Shown piece after piece: positions 15,181 to 25,458 of a stretch of DNA of 33,342 nucleotides (position 1 is the first letter of the stretch; each line of letters opens with the position of its first letter). The translations under genes were made by a program, and so were the position numbers. The DNA comes from a virus (Duplodnaviria > Caudoviricetes): positions 1 to 33,342 of IMG/VR virus record IMGVR_UViG_3300044676_005230; one strand, 5' to 3'. The notes beneath the pieces are model-generated. The model searched no databases and was not told where the DNA came from. It worked only from the letters and a program-made list of their open reading frames with translations.

Positions 15181-15737
15181 TCAATTACCTCAAAGGTAAT
15201 GCGCCGCGCTAACCGAGAAACACCATCTCTTGAAGAATACTGAAGTCCGTTTCTAAAATATGTATACTTTAATTGAAGATAGTATTGTCCCGGCGGTAAC
15301 GTTTTTGGCACAACAATCTCTTTAGTAACGTCATAACAACCTGGCGCTATTCCAAACGACTTTTCTGGAAGCGGTAAGGAAACTCCATCGACAAATTGAC
15401 CCCCCGTTAAGCCGTAAATTATTTTAGTTTTGCTGCCAGTATCTAACGCGAGTTTGTCAAAGGGTCTTGCATTCAATAACATCTGTTCTGCAAGTTTGTC
15501 TGGATTATCCAGTGATACACAAAACGCTTTTCTGTGCTTAACTTTTTGGCCGGCATTTACTTTGCGTATTGGGGACCCTTTATCGTCTGAAAAATAATCG
15601 TTTTCATAGATAATTTTAGCTGGATAATCTCTATCAAATTTTAGCGAATACAAAATATAGCCGGCACACAAGGTAACAAAGCTAAAGGCAATAATCACAA
15701 GCCCAATTATGCAGTGATATGCTTTAATGAGTTTCAC
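15177..15737 (-). CDS. Single-pass membrane protein with soluble beta-rich domain
   Basis: GTG 15737 overlaps the upstream TGA. N-terminal TM (IIGLVIIAFSFVTLCAGYILY). C-terminal VPKTLPPGQY. Confidence 0.7.
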   Translation of the reverse strand: MKLIKAYHCIIGLVIIAFSFVTLCAGYILYSLKFDRDYPAKIIYENDYFSDDKGSPIRKVNAGQKVKHRKAFCVSLDNPDKLAEQMLLNARPFDKLALDTGSKTKIIYGLTGGQFVDGVSLPLPEKSFGIAPGCYDVTKEIVVPKTLPPGQYYLQLKYTYFRNGLQYSSRDGVSRLARRITFEVIE

Positions 15738-15949
15738 AAGCCCAGTGCCTTGTAGATAAAAGCACCAAGCAAGCCGGACGCTGAAACAAGCGCTCCAATC
15801 CAAAGCGCCCACGACAAATCCACTTTCCACTTTGCTGGAATTTTGATGTTTTGATCGTCAATTTTGGTGTTAATAAGTTGAATTTTTGCGTCATGCTGCT
15901 CTAGCGTTAATTCAACGCGAACGAGCCTAACTTCGGTTGGCTCCGACAT
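15734..15949 (-). CDS. Holin/XhlA-like coiled-coil + TM protein
   Basis: N-terminal coiled coil and C-terminal TM. First gene of the lysis cassette. AGGA RBS. Confidence 0.65.
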   Translation of the reverse strand: MSEPTEVRLVRVELTLEQHDAKIQLINTKIDDQNIKIPAKWKVDLSWALWIGALVSASGLLGAFIYKALGL

Positions 15950-15966
15950 TTTTTCCTGTAAATTAT

Positions 15967-15990
15967 AAAAAACCGCAGAATAGCGGGGTT
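15967..15990 (-). terminator. Rho-independent terminator between structural and lysis genes
   Basis: Minus strand CCGC-TATTCT-GCGG-TTTTTT. Confidence 0.65.
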
Positions 15991-16060
15991 AAGTGAATAC
16001 CAAAAACAACAAGCGTTTTTGCACTGACGGACCAAGCCATGTAGGGCTAGGGTCTGCGGT

Positions 16061-16276
16061 ATGTTTAATGGTGTGGCACCGAGAGACTCTATCGTAACAG
16101 GTTTGGCCTTCTTTCTAGGGCTCCTCGGCAAGGGGCATTTTATAGATGGAAACGTCTTGCCCTCTATTGTGCCAGCAACGGTTTGTCTGCTTGCCGGATT
16201 GGGCATTGCCCTTGGCAGATGGTTTATTCTCCGAAAACGCCCTGACCACCAAGATTTAGGGCCTTGGCAGCAATAA
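16061..16276 (+). CDS. Putative counter-oriented small 2-TM membrane protein (moron)
   Basis: Two hydrophobic segments followed by RKRP. Occupies an otherwise empty gap. Confidence 0.4.
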   Translation: MFNGVAPRDSIVTGLAFFLGLLGKGHFIDGNVLPSIVPATVCLLAGLGIALGRWFILRKRPDHQDLGPWQQ

Positions 16277-18191
16277 GAGTATTTCGCACAGAGGCACCGC
16301 CAGATTTTCGTATTTTAAGCAGTTCGTTTACAGCGTCATCACTCGTAATAATCCTGGCAATGTCCATTACGTTGCGCTCAGACGCGGCCTCATCTAAAGC
16401 TCTTGTTGCACGCCCTGGAATACCGAAAGGATTGAGGGCTGCTTTTGCAACAATACCTGCGGCGTTACTGTCATCTAGCATCTTCTGCCCTGCGGCCTGG
16501 GAAACAGTCGTGCTGTTGAAATTCGTTGCCCTGGCCGTTGCCTCGAACACGTCCATAAGATTCTTAAAGGCTTTGAACCTATCTGGACCAAGTGCGGATA
16601 TTAATCGTCTTTGTTGAGCGCCATCGCCATAAGTTGCGGCCCAGAACCTTGCAGCCTGTGAGGCTTTTGCTCTATTCGGTTCCGCAATGTTAGAAAGCGC
16701 AACGTTGCCTGACTTCTCCCATGTATCTTCTAAAAAGCCACGAATAGTCGCGTTCCAGGCGTCTTCTCCTCCCTCTGTTTTTAGGACAATCTTTCTCGCC
16801 CTGTTTATCTCTCCAGGCGTAGCGCCACCAAAAAACTTACGGCCAACATTTGCCCAATCCTTTGAGGAGGTGTTTGCAATGGTCGGCAAGATGCCGCCCT
16901 CTGCTCTCGAAACCGGATCGCTCAACTCCCCCCAGATACGGCGGGCCTCTTTGTATTGAGGCACTGAGCCGTCAGCGATAGCAAGAGACTCGTTCAAAAC
17001 ATCCTGCAAGGCATTTGCGATTTTGGCCCTGCCATTTTTTTGTTCTAGTTTAATCAGCCTATTTAGTTCTTCTTTCGCGTTGTCTTGAAAAACCTCTAAG
17101 TTGCCACCACTCTCTTTGAGTAGTTTTTCAACGCGCGCAAAACGAGATTTAGCCCGTGGAAACCGCTTTGCATAATCTGCAAGCGTTTCACTGACTGGCC
17201 CAAAATCCAGCACCCTATCCTGACTCTCGAACGCCTTTTTATACGCTGGGGAGCCTTGTGACACTCGCGCGGCTTTAATAGAATCTACGGCATTACCAGC
17301 CGCTCTAGCCAGGGATTCACCCGCAGCATCCGAACTTATCTGTGGAGAGACCTCATCAAAAAACCCTAACGCCGCCTTATCCATCTCGTTAGCGTTTAAT
17401 GCCCTAGAGTCTTCAATAATTGGGGCAGACATGGGGCGTGCCTCTAGCGCCTTTTGTTGTGCGCGTAAGGCAGCGTCATTTGTTAATTCTGCCGGGGTTA
17501 AACGTATCTGCGTGCCATACTGCTTGTTTACAGAGTCCAAAGTCTGTTGCAACGCCCGCGCGGTATTGCCCCCAACATCTTTAAGCGCGTTTGAAAAACT
17601 TTGAGCGGCGCGCGTTGCGGCTACTCTTGAAAGCCCTTTTCCAACAAGAAGACCGCCAAGAGTTGATGCAATATCAATCGCGCCCTCTGTTGCTATTCGC
17701 TTGAGCGACACCTCTTGATCCCCAAGAACATTAGACACGGCTTCTCTAACCGCTTGCCCACCAGAAGCGCCAAGAAACCCACCAGCGCCAGCACCAGCAG
17801 GCCCACCAGCAGGCAGTCCAGCTACAGCGCCAACCATCCCACCCAGACCCGGAATTGAAGGCCCAACACCAGAGGCTACTCCGCGCGCAAAACCTGGAGC
17901 GACAAGCTGGAGCGCTCCATTATCCGTCTTGTAGCCAAGCGCCCCAGAATGTTCGCCACCCTGTACCGTTTGAAACTTGTCTATCGGAATGCCCATTCTC
18001 TCAGAGTAAAACTGTTTCATTGCCTCTGGGTCGCTGAACATACTTGCGCCCATAACGTCCACAATGTCCGCAGCACCATCTACCTCATCACTGACTTGTA
18101 AATCGGCACCGTCAATCAAATGCGCGGCATAGTCATGCTTGGTGGCTACTGGCGAGTTGGGTTCGCCGGTTTTATTGAACCAGTCTATCAT
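16224..18191 (-). CDS. Internal virion/DNA ejection protein (large)
   Basis: Helical, Ala-rich, with a Gly-zipper hydrophobic segment. Last of three genes after the nozzle. Confidence 0.7.
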   Translation of the reverse strand: MIDWFNKTGEPNSPVATKHDYAAHLIDGADLQVSDEVDGAADIVDVMGASMFSDPEAMKQFYSERMGIPIDKFQTVQGGEHSGALGYKTDNGALQLVAPGFARGVASGVGPSIPGLGGMVGAVAGLPAGGPAGAGAGGFLGASGGQAVREAVSNVLGDQEVSLKRIATEGAIDIASTLGGLLVGKGLSRVAATRAAQSFSNALKDVGGNTARALQQTLDSVNKQYGTQIRLTPAELTNDAALRAQQKALEARPMSAPIIEDSRALNANEMDKAALGFFDEVSPQISSDAAGESLARAAGNAVDSIKAARVSQGSPAYKKAFESQDRVLDFGPVSETLADYAKRFPRAKSRFARVEKLLKESGGNLEVFQDNAKEELNRLIKLEQKNGRAKIANALQDVLNESLAIADGSVPQYKEARRIWGELSDPVSRAEGGILPTIANTSSKDWANVGRKFFGGATPGEINRARKIVLKTEGGEDAWNATIRGFLEDTWEKSGNVALSNIAEPNRAKASQAARFWAATYGDGAQQRRLISALGPDRFKAFKNLMDVFEATARATNFNSTTVSQAAGQKMLDDSNAAGIVAKAALNPFGIPGRATRALDEAASERNVMDIARIITSDDAVNELLKIRKSGGASVRNTLIAAKALNLGGQGVFGE

Positions 18192-18193
18192 AA

Positions 18194-19420
18194 TTAAAGG
18201 CCAAACTCTTCTTTTAGGGTTGCGGTTATTTGCATATAAGACATGCCTTCGGCTTCAAGTTGTGCTCCCCTCTCATTCACCTTTTCCCGAACTTTGCCCA
18301 AGGGTAAGCGCTGCGCCCAGGCCGAGAACTCACCGTCTAAAACCCCGTCGCGCATAGCAATTTGCTTACGGGCCATCATCAGGCGCGTCATCTGCACAAG
18401 TTTGGACATTTTTCTTTGGTATTCTTGCGGACTATCACTGACGTTTGGAATTGACGCCTCAATATCCGCCATCTCGCGTTCACCGGCAGCCACACCAGTT
18501 ATGTTCTTTCTGTAGTTATTGAAGAACTGTTTGTTATCAGCAACCCACTCAGAGCGGGCCGCTGCAAACTCTGATTTTCTACTAGGATCCATCTTATTCA
18601 AGACGTTCGCAAACTTTGCTTCGCCCGCGCCGCCATAGGTTAGAAAGTCTGGGCTAAATGCGTTTTGAATGGACTCAAGGCGCACCAACAATTCATCACC
18701 ACCAATAATATCTTGTTCTATCTGTGAAGCTGTAGAGTTTGTTACGGCATTAACGCCAGCGGTGCCAACGCCACGGCCTTGCGTCAACGTAACCCCACCC
18801 TGGCCGTCTGTTGTTAGAGAGAGGCCGCTACTGGGCGGGCCTGGTGTTCCAGGAGTCTTAGCTCCGTAACTCACACCCGTTGGACTGTTTGCATCGTAGA
18901 CCAAGCCGATAGGGTTGTTGACGGGTGTTCTATAATCCCCAATAACTCTAGCGTTGTCTACGTTAACAAGCTGGTCGTTTATGACCTCTGTTTGTGGCGG
19001 CGGCGGCATGTACTTTTCTTTTATTTGCGCCAGCGCGCTTGTTGGATCTAATTTTGCGTATTCTCTCATGAAGTCTAGTTTGGCGACTTGCTGATTAGGC
19101 GATATTCTGTTGTCGCCCGCAACGCGCGCACCACTGCGGGGCTGATACGCAATTGCATTAGGTAGCATTGATGTGTCCAAGGGTGTATCGGGCGCTAACA
19201 TAGGGGGCGGGGCCAACCCATTGTTTGCAAGCCCAGCTTGAGTAATCTTTACCTCTGGCTCTGGCGCATATGCAGCGCCCACAAGAGCGCCTAGCCTTCT
19301 TTGCTGATCTAATATTTTTTCTTGTTCTTTTTGCCTGTTCCGAAACTCGGACAGGTTTTTACTGCCTGTCAGAAATTCAAATAGTCCGCCGCCGCCGCCT
19401 AGCGTTACATTAACTGCCAT
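18194..19420 (-). CDS. Internal virion/DNA ejection protein
   Basis: Position. ITGVAAGEREM motif seen in podovirus ejection proteins. Confidence 0.65.
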   Translation of the reverse strand: MAVNVTLGGGGGLFEFLTGSKNLSEFRNRQKEQEKILDQQRRLGALVGAAYAPEPEVKITQAGLANNGLAPPPMLAPDTPLDTSMLPNAIAYQPRSGARVAGDNRISPNQQVAKLDFMREYAKLDPTSALAQIKEKYMPPPPQTEVINDQLVNVDNARVIGDYRTPVNNPIGLVYDANSPTGVSYGAKTPGTPGPPSSGLSLTTDGQGGVTLTQGRGVGTAGVNAVTNSTASQIEQDIIGGDELLVRLESIQNAFSPDFLTYGGAGEAKFANVLNKMDPSRKSEFAAARSEWVADNKQFFNNYRKNITGVAAGEREMADIEASIPNVSDSPQEYQRKMSKLVQMTRLMMARKQIAMRDGVLDGEFSAWAQRLPLGKVREKVNERGAQLEAEGMSYMQITATLKEEFGL

Positions 19421-19445
19421 TATATTATCTCATTTCAGTTTGCTA

Positions 19446-20411
19446 TCATGCTGATAGCTTAAAGCCCTTGCCTGTACTGCCGCCTGTTGACCTTGAATCG
19501 ACAGTTGCATCTGACTGCGAAGTTGACCCGCTCGATTCGGACGACTCAGCCGTGTCGCCAAATGTTTTGGTGCCAATATTCAGAAGGTTGGTTAGATTGC
19601 CGACCGCGCCCTGACCCATTCCATACAACTGATTTCCAGCATCGAAACGGTAAGCATCTGCAACGCCAGCTTGATTTACGTCAAACATATCGCGCTGATT
19701 CTGCATTCTGTTGTTTTCTATTTGCTGTTGCATTAGGGCGTTTTGATTAGCAAGCTGGGCGCGTAGAGAGTTGTCCGCAGATATTTGCTGCCCTTGCAAG
19801 TCAAAACCTTTGTCTTGCTGAGTTAATCCCGCCGCTGTGGCAAATCCTTGGTTTCTTAAATTAGCCGCTGTGCTGCCAACATTTCTAAGGTAATCGTCGT
19901 CTAGTTGCGCGCGGCGAATAGCATCTCCGCTTCCGCCCATGCCGTATGGATTAGCGCCGGCCTGGGCTAACTCACCCTGATTTCTAAGGCGGGCGTACCT
20001 TTCATCTAGGTCGCCTAAAGCGGCAGAAACCACTTGATCTGTATACGGGCTTTGCCATTTATCAAGCTCAGACGCCCCCCTTTCAACGCCAACATTTTGC
20101 TGTTGAACTTGTTGTGCTTTGACTGGCGCTAACTCTTGGTATGTGTCGGGATAATCAGCTTGGATTGACTTTAGCGTTGTGGCGTCTTTGTCCATCCAAT
20201 TATCAAAATATTGAAGGGCGGTTTTTTGCTCTGGTGTGTATCCGTCACCAGACAGCAAGCCATACAGACCACCTTGTCTTTGCCTCCAGTCCTCATCAAT
20301 GACTGGCATTCTTTTCATAAAGCCGTCTGCAAAACTTTCTTCTGATGTAGTTTCGCTTGTTGTGCCAGACGTGGTTAAATTTTCTTTGTTTTTAGTCCCG
20401 CCAATACTCAT
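19446..20411 (-). CDS. Pilot/DNA ejection protein
   Basis: Gln/Gly/Ala-rich. SPYTDQVV and GGS...AANLRNQGF..A motifs. Confidence 0.7.
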   Translation of the reverse strand: MSIGGTKNKENLTTSGTTSETTSEESFADGFMKRMPVIDEDWRQRQGGLYGLLSGDGYTPEQKTALQYFDNWMDKDATTLKSIQADYPDTYQELAPVKAQQVQQQNVGVERGASELDKWQSPYTDQVVSAALGDLDERYARLRNQGELAQAGANPYGMGGSGDAIRRAQLDDDYLRNVGSTAANLRNQGFATAAGLTQQDKGFDLQGQQISADNSLRAQLANQNALMQQQIENNRMQNQRDMFDVNQAGVADAYRFDAGNQLYGMGQGAVGNLTNLLNIGTKTFGDTAESSESSGSTSQSDATVDSRSTGGSTGKGFKLSA

Positions 20412-20776
20412 GGCAAATCCTTATACATATGTGTCCCGCCGTATTCGTAATTGAGAACTCGCTCCCAGCCCTTGCGCCCACCGCCCTGGACTCTCTTGCA
20501 TCCATTAGCCGCAGCAAAAGCGCAAATTGTTGGCTCTAGCTCATTTAATAATTCGTCTAGGTCGCCGCCTATTAAAAAGAAGCCTAAGACCTTCATTCTT
20601 GGATATTCAATAAATTCTGTAACGACAGCGGAGTTTTGGCTGCGCCACAATTTTAACTGACCTTTCATTAAGCCAATTAAAACATCATCCTCTGTATGCG
20701 TGCCGTTTGTGCGCTCTATTGCTGGCAACATTATGTGACGGCATCCGTCCCAATCTTTAAAAAGGTCGTAGATCAT
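20408..20776 (-). CDS. GNAT-fold-like virion assembly protein
   Basis: VTE..EYP, GGDLDEL, GCKRV..GRKGWERVL motif common in podovirus tail modules. Confidence 0.65.
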   Translation of the reverse strand: MIYDLFKDWDGCRHIMLPAIERTNGTHTEDDVLIGLMKGQLKLWRSQNSAVVTEFIEYPRMKVLGFFLIGGDLDELLNELEPTICAFAAANGCKRVQGGGRKGWERVLNYEYGGTHMYKDLP

Positions 20777-22551
20777 TATTTTCCGCGCCCGCCCAAGCGA
20801 ACATCTGCCTTAAATGTACCCATCCGATAGAATGAAGGGCTGTCAGACCCCTCAAAAACAAACGCGTGGTCATCGCCCCACGCCCTAACGGCGCGTGAGC
20901 CAGAATTGCTGACAAAATTATATGGCCCTGCTGTCCGTGTTTTTTTGGTGCCGTCTCGGTTTTTGCGGCTGGTTACGGACACGGTGTATCCGCCTTGCAA
21001 ATCTTCTGGCTCGTCGCGTATGCGAACAATCTTAGACGTTCTTTGACCGTCGCCTGGATCAAAAGGCGCTGCCGTTAAAGACCAGCTTAACGGCGCGCCA
21101 GCGGCGCTATTGCCCTTCTCGTGAAAATAAATGTATCCATCGTTCGAGACTAGCAGTGGGTAGGGGAATATTCCCGAATCGCATCCTGATGTTCTATCAA
21201 ACTTCCCGGTCGCCCAGGTTCGCTCTAGCGTGTTGTAAATAACGTATCTGGAGCATTCATTCCCGTCCCGTTTGTCGGGGAACAGCCACCAAACCTCGTT
21301 GTACGCGGCTATTGTAAGGCAGCTTATTTTATCATGCTGTGCGCGGCTTAAATTATCCGCAATGTCTCGGCGCACTGTGCAATCAAGAGGAATTACACCA
21401 TTCTGATAGGTATAGAACTCACCTTGCCCTGGAGCCATCCAGTACGGAATGCCCTGCAACATACCCACGGCGTTTGGGCCGATTAGGCCGCAATTATCAA
21501 AGCCAACGCGATCCAGCCGATACACTATTGTTGGGTCAGGAATGTAGGTCATTGTCCACATGCCGTCTAATGTCCATATGTAATTCTGCCCAACCCCTGG
21601 CAAACCACGGACAATCCTGCTTCCTTGAGAGATCGTAGTGTTTCCCGCCGATACTGTCGCAGACGCAGCCCAGGACGTTCGATCTCCTAATTTAGTCCAG
21701 CGAACATTGCGTGGGTCAAATGTTCCCGCACCGCCAACGCCGTTGTTTCCGCAAGAGACCAAAGACCGCTCTTGCGTAACAAATATGCAAGTGTTTTGCG
21801 TAGGCGCATTTGTAACCGCCGTAGCTATTGCAGAGCCGTCTGATGCGTAAATGCCGCTGCCGCGTGGGTTTGCAAGTAAATCTTGTCCCCACAGGTCTAG
21901 CGTATAGGTTAGCGGACTCAGGCCGTAGCCAGTTGCGGCTAGGCCAAAATAGCCAGTTGAGAATTGACCCACGCCAAACCCAAGGCCACCAATGCCGTGT
22001 TCATTTCCCGCCACATAATATGTGGCAACCGCAGAGCCGCCGCCCAAAGCCGTAGACGTTGCGGCTGTGCCGTGCTGGACGGCTATTGTTGATGCGTTTG
22101 TGACCGAAACGGAATAGTCGCCGTTTAGCGTTATGCCTCCAACTGCTGTGGTGCTCGTCCAGTTGATTTTTTGACCCTCAAACAGTGGGTGGTCAGAACC
22201 CCAAGCAATGGAAACGGTTGAGCTTCCAGCCGTTGTTGAAAACCCATTAACAATTGTTGAAGATCCAGCAACCGGAGTGATGTCTGTTAATGTGCCGCCA
22301 ACATCCATCGCGTAAAGGCGAAGATGTGTAGCAATTGCCAGCCGCTTTTTGGCAGCGTTATCAGACCATGCCTTTACAGTTCGCGCTTTGCCAACAACAG
22401 TGTCGGTTGAGGCTTTTTCCCAACCCCCAATAGTCTGCGCTTTGCCACGGTGAAAACGCACCTTGTTTGCATCCGTAAAAAAACCCTCTGCTGTGAGAGG
22501 GCTATCATCTTTATATATGCCCGCCATAAGCGGGATTTTTGCATATGCCAC
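20776..22551 (-). CDS. Tail nozzle / packaged-DNA stabilisation protein (gp10-like)
   Basis: Beta-propeller-like. VRF..G...IGGW N-terminus, CGLIGPNA, NEVWWLFP...YVIYN..E..W. Confidence 0.8.
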   Translation of the reverse strand: MAYAKIPLMAGIYKDDSPLTAEGFFTDANKVRFHRGKAQTIGGWEKASTDTVVGKARTVKAWSDNAAKKRLAIATHLRLYAMDVGGTLTDITPVAGSSTIVNGFSTTAGSSTVSIAWGSDHPLFEGQKINWTSTTAVGGITLNGDYSVSVTNASTIAVQHGTAATSTALGGGSAVATYYVAGNEHGIGGLGFGVGQFSTGYFGLAATGYGLSPLTYTLDLWGQDLLANPRGSGIYASDGSAIATAVTNAPTQNTCIFVTQERSLVSCGNNGVGGAGTFDPRNVRWTKLGDRTSWAASATVSAGNTTISQGSRIVRGLPGVGQNYIWTLDGMWTMTYIPDPTIVYRLDRVGFDNCGLIGPNAVGMLQGIPYWMAPGQGEFYTYQNGVIPLDCTVRRDIADNLSRAQHDKISCLTIAAYNEVWWLFPDKRDGNECSRYVIYNTLERTWATGKFDRTSGCDSGIFPYPLLVSNDGYIYFHEKGNSAAGAPLSWSLTAAPFDPGDGQRTSKIVRIRDEPEDLQGGYTVSVTSRKNRDGTKKTRTAGPYNFVSNSGSRAVRAWGDDHAFVFEGSDSPSFYRMGTFKADVRLGGRGK

Positions 22552-22982
22552 TAGGTCGGCCAGCCATCCAGAACCGCTGCGCGCTCGGCTTCACTTAAAA
22601 TCCCACCAGCAACGCCGGCAGTTAAAAATTCGCTTACGACCTTTTTAGTAAAAACTGTAGCCTTATCGTATTCTTGATAAGCATATCGAAGGTCAGGTAA
22701 GGAATGATCACGGAACCCTTCAATAATTGTCGTTACGCGACCGCCGCCGCCTGCGATGTTAGCCGCCGCGTGTCTTATAAACTCAAGGTCTGAAAGAACA
22801 ACGGGGCTAGGTTCTGGGACAACTTTTGGCGTGTAATGCCCCTCAAAAAAAACCATGCCTGTTAGGGTTGTTATTCTAACCGCATCACCCAAAACAGGCT
22901 CACCGTCTAAAATGTTGTAATCTACTCCCTCAGTGGCGTTTACCACGGATGGCATTGCATCAATTTTGGCAATTGTCGTCAT
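22551..22982 (-). CDS. Tail fibre-associated/chaperone-like protein
   Basis: ATG 22982 follows the upstream stop. C-terminal GILSEAERAAVL. Confidence 0.55.
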   Translation of the reverse strand: MTTIAKIDAMPSVVNATEGVDYNILDGEPVLGDAVRITTLTGMVFFEGHYTPKVVPEPSPVVLSDLEFIRHAAANIAGGGGRVTTIIEGFRDHSLPDLRYAYQEYDKATVFTKKVVSEFLTAGVAGGILSEAERAAVLDGWPT

Positions 22983-22983
22983 A

Positions 22984-23634
22984 TTATAACCCCAGTCGGT
23001 ACTGAACCGCGCTGTAGGCGGTCGCGGTTGAGTTGGTAATGTCGGCTGAGTGCTTGGCACGCAAGAGTAGACTGGTATTAAATTGGTACAGAGGGGCACC
23101 AAACATTCCTAATTGACGCCAAGGAAGCACACGCATAGCGGTCGATGACATCGCTCCGAATGTTGCTTTGTCTGCTTCCATAACCTCTTGGCCAGGTCGC
23201 GTTGGCTGTCCCGTTGTCGTGTAAATGTTAGTGAACGTCGGCGGAACAGCATACAGGACCGCTCGTTCGCCTGATGCCAAACCGGCAACTGCAATCGTCT
23301 CGACAGTACCGGAGTCATTTGTAAACTCAAACGTGGTTGTTGATGCCCCGCCCGCAGTTGGACCAACGATTGACGCAACAAGACCCTTACCAGACGCGAC
23401 GTTTAAAATCGTCTTGTAGGTATCCGCAGTCCAGTCTGTTGTGTCTTGCAGCCCCATGGTTGCATACTGCGTGAAGAAAGCCGTTGTTGTAGAGTCCGGG
23501 GCTGCGCCGGTTGAGTCGGAAACCTCAAGGCTGGTGGTTGTTACAATGTACGGGTAGAATTGCCATGCGTCGGTAAAATTAATTCCGCCACCGCTGCTGC
23601 CGCCTAATCCAAATTTTGAAGCAATATCAGCCAT
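22984..23634 (-). CDS. Tail fibre/receptor-binding-associated protein
   Basis: Thr-rich beta protein with an N-terminal Gly linker. Follows the fibre gene. Confidence 0.55.
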   Translation of the reverse strand: MADIASKFGLGGSSGGGINFTDAWQFYPYIVTTTSLEVSDSTGAAPDSTTTAFFTQYATMGLQDTTDWTADTYKTILNVASGKGLVASIVGPTAGGASTTTFEFTNDSGTVETIAVAGLASGERAVLYAVPPTFTNIYTTTGQPTRPGQEVMEADKATFGAMSSTAMRVLPWRQLGMFGAPLYQFNTSLLLRAKHSADITNSTATAYSAVQYRLGL

Positions 23635-24632
23635 TACGGCGTACTCCCAATTAGCGTTGATGTGACTGCACCCGCGCTTGCATATGAATATAAAATAACA
23701 GGACCGTTTGAGCCGTCGCCCGCGTAAGTGTCATCGGACGACTCACCGTCAATCGTTTGTGAGTTGCGACCCACCGTTCCAGTAACCCCATTGCCAACCG
23801 TAAACTCTACAATTACGCCCTGACCGTCAGTTAGCGTTGGTAGCGTTCCCGTAGCCGTGCCGCTAATCCTGTAGCGCCGGTTCGCTGTCATGGCCGTTGT
23901 GCCGCTTGAAAACGTGCCGGTTAATTTTCCGGCAAGAGCTTGTTCCCAATTGGTATCAACCGCAGGGACAGTGACGCCAATATCTAGCGTGTCGCCATTG
24001 TCGGTAAGAACTACGTCACCCGACGCCGTAAGGACCGATCCGAGGTAGCCCGCAGTAGCAGTGACATCAACCTTAACCGTCCCATCAGCGGCACCCGTGC
24101 CACCACCAGCGGCAATTAATGAGTTGACTTGGGTCAGGTTCACCGCGTCGGTTCCAGAAACGCCAGATGAAACACCTGACAAAATTCCAGATATTTGAAG
24201 CGCACCATTAATCTGTGCCGCGCCATTTACAAACAACGGCTCACTAATAACATTTGAACCATCGCAGCGCAGAATGCACGAAAAGCCGGTGGGAATAGCA
24301 ACACCGCTTCCAGCCGAAGTTTTAACCGTGACTGTTTGGCCCGTTTCATTTTTATAAATTTGTGTTCTTTTGCGCGATGGCACTGTGTAGGTTGCTGCGC
24401 TACTTAGAGAACCAGTTAACAGGATTCCCTGATATTCAGTTTCGTTTGACGTTGAGTAATCCGACTCCGATACTGTTTTGTCGCCCGTCAAGGCGACAGA
24501 GTTCCAGTCATGGATCATTCTAACAATTATTGTTTGGTTATTTACAAGGTTGGGGTCACCCCACTCATTTAGGTTGTCACCTTGCTCCATATCTCTGACG
24601 CCAATTGCAATGGCGTTTGGGCTGTTTGTCAT
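23634..24632 (-). CDS. Tail fibre protein
   Basis: GDNLNEWG...N N-terminal anchor, DAVNLTQV neck, Gly/Ser/Thr-rich. Confidence 0.75.
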   Translation of the reverse strand: MTNSPNAIAIGVRDMEQGDNLNEWGDPNLVNNQTIIVRMIHDWNSVALTGDKTVSESDYSTSNETEYQGILLTGSLSSAATYTVPSRKRTQIYKNETGQTVTVKTSAGSGVAIPTGFSCILRCDGSNVISEPLFVNGAAQINGALQISGILSGVSSGVSGTDAVNLTQVNSLIAAGGGTGAADGTVKVDVTATAGYLGSVLTASGDVVLTDNGDTLDIGVTVPAVDTNWEQALAGKLTGTFSSGTTAMTANRRYRISGTATGTLPTLTDGQGVIVEFTVGNGVTGTVGRNSQTIDGESSDDTYAGDGSNGPVILYSYASAGAVTSTLIGSTP

Positions 24633-24844
24633 ACGGCTGTTCCGTCTTGATAGCGCCAAACTGTCCCGTCGCTAATGACAGAGGGGCGGTTTGATGCACC
24701 ATCGGTTACAAAAAGAGTTGCCCCTAAGTATTCAACGGGGTCTGGTAAAGCGGTAATCGTATATCCGCGTTTTCTTGTCGGCGCTTGGATTTGCTCTCTA
24801 ACCCAAGCAGCAAGTCCTGGGTCAGTTACGTCAACATTCTTCAC
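24629..24844 (-). CDS. Small tail protein
   Basis: LP...GATLFVTDG...SDGTVW motif typical of tail-associated domains. Confidence 0.65.
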   Translation of the reverse strand: MKNVDVTDPGLAAWVREQIQAPTRKRGYTITALPDPVEYLGATLFVTDGASNRPSVISDGTVWRYQDGTAV

Positions 24845-25458
24845 ACTACTGGCCCGTTAACAAAAACTTGAGACGGCGTGGACAACTCTAGTTGTTTTGA
24901 GTTCTCATCAATCCCAGAGATTGCATTGTTGTACAGGGCCACAAGGTTTTGTGTTTCCGTGTTTTCTAAAGATGGGTCTGTGTATATTGCTGCCATTGCC
25001 TGGCAACCAAATAGGTAAACGTCTGGGTGATTAGACAGAACCCAGTTCGTTGTATTTGAGTCAGAAAGCGCCTCTATTTTTTGATAATATCCAAGCTGGA
25101 CCGAATAGTTGCTGTCAGGTGATGGCCCAAACTTTATGTTAGTTCCAATGATCGTAAAGTTTTTTATCGCACCCGGCCCGGTCGGCCACATAGCGTCAAT
25201 TTGACCTGGCTGCACATAAGATAGTGTTACCAGCGGGTTTGTTTGAACAGTTGCAAACCGGTGATCTACAAAATCAGTGGGCAACGCAATGGTTTGCGCC
25301 GTTGTGTTAAGGGTTGTTGTGGTGATTTGGTTGTGTGTCCGCAACTTACGGTTTAGGTCTGCCTCAACAAGATCAATAAGCGTATCTTGTGGTAACGTGT
25401 CATCATTAGACCAGTTTGCTATTTCTATTTTTAGGTTTGCGTAAGTATCAAGACTCAC
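24841..25458 (-). CDS. Head-tail adaptor protein
   Basis: TYANLK..IANW, EADLNRKLR, LPTDF, PSPD..Y, TNWVL..HPDVYLFG. Confidence 0.85.
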   Translation of the reverse strand: MSLDTYANLKIEIANWSNDDTLPQDTLIDLVEADLNRKLRTHNQITTTTLNTTAQTIALPTDFVDHRFATVQTNPLVTLSYVQPGQIDAMWPTGPGAIKNFTIIGTNIKFGPSPDSNYSVQLGYYQKIEALSDSNTTNWVLSNHPDVYLFGCQAMAAIYTDPSLENTETQNLVALYNNAISGIDENSKQLELSTPSQVFVNGPVV

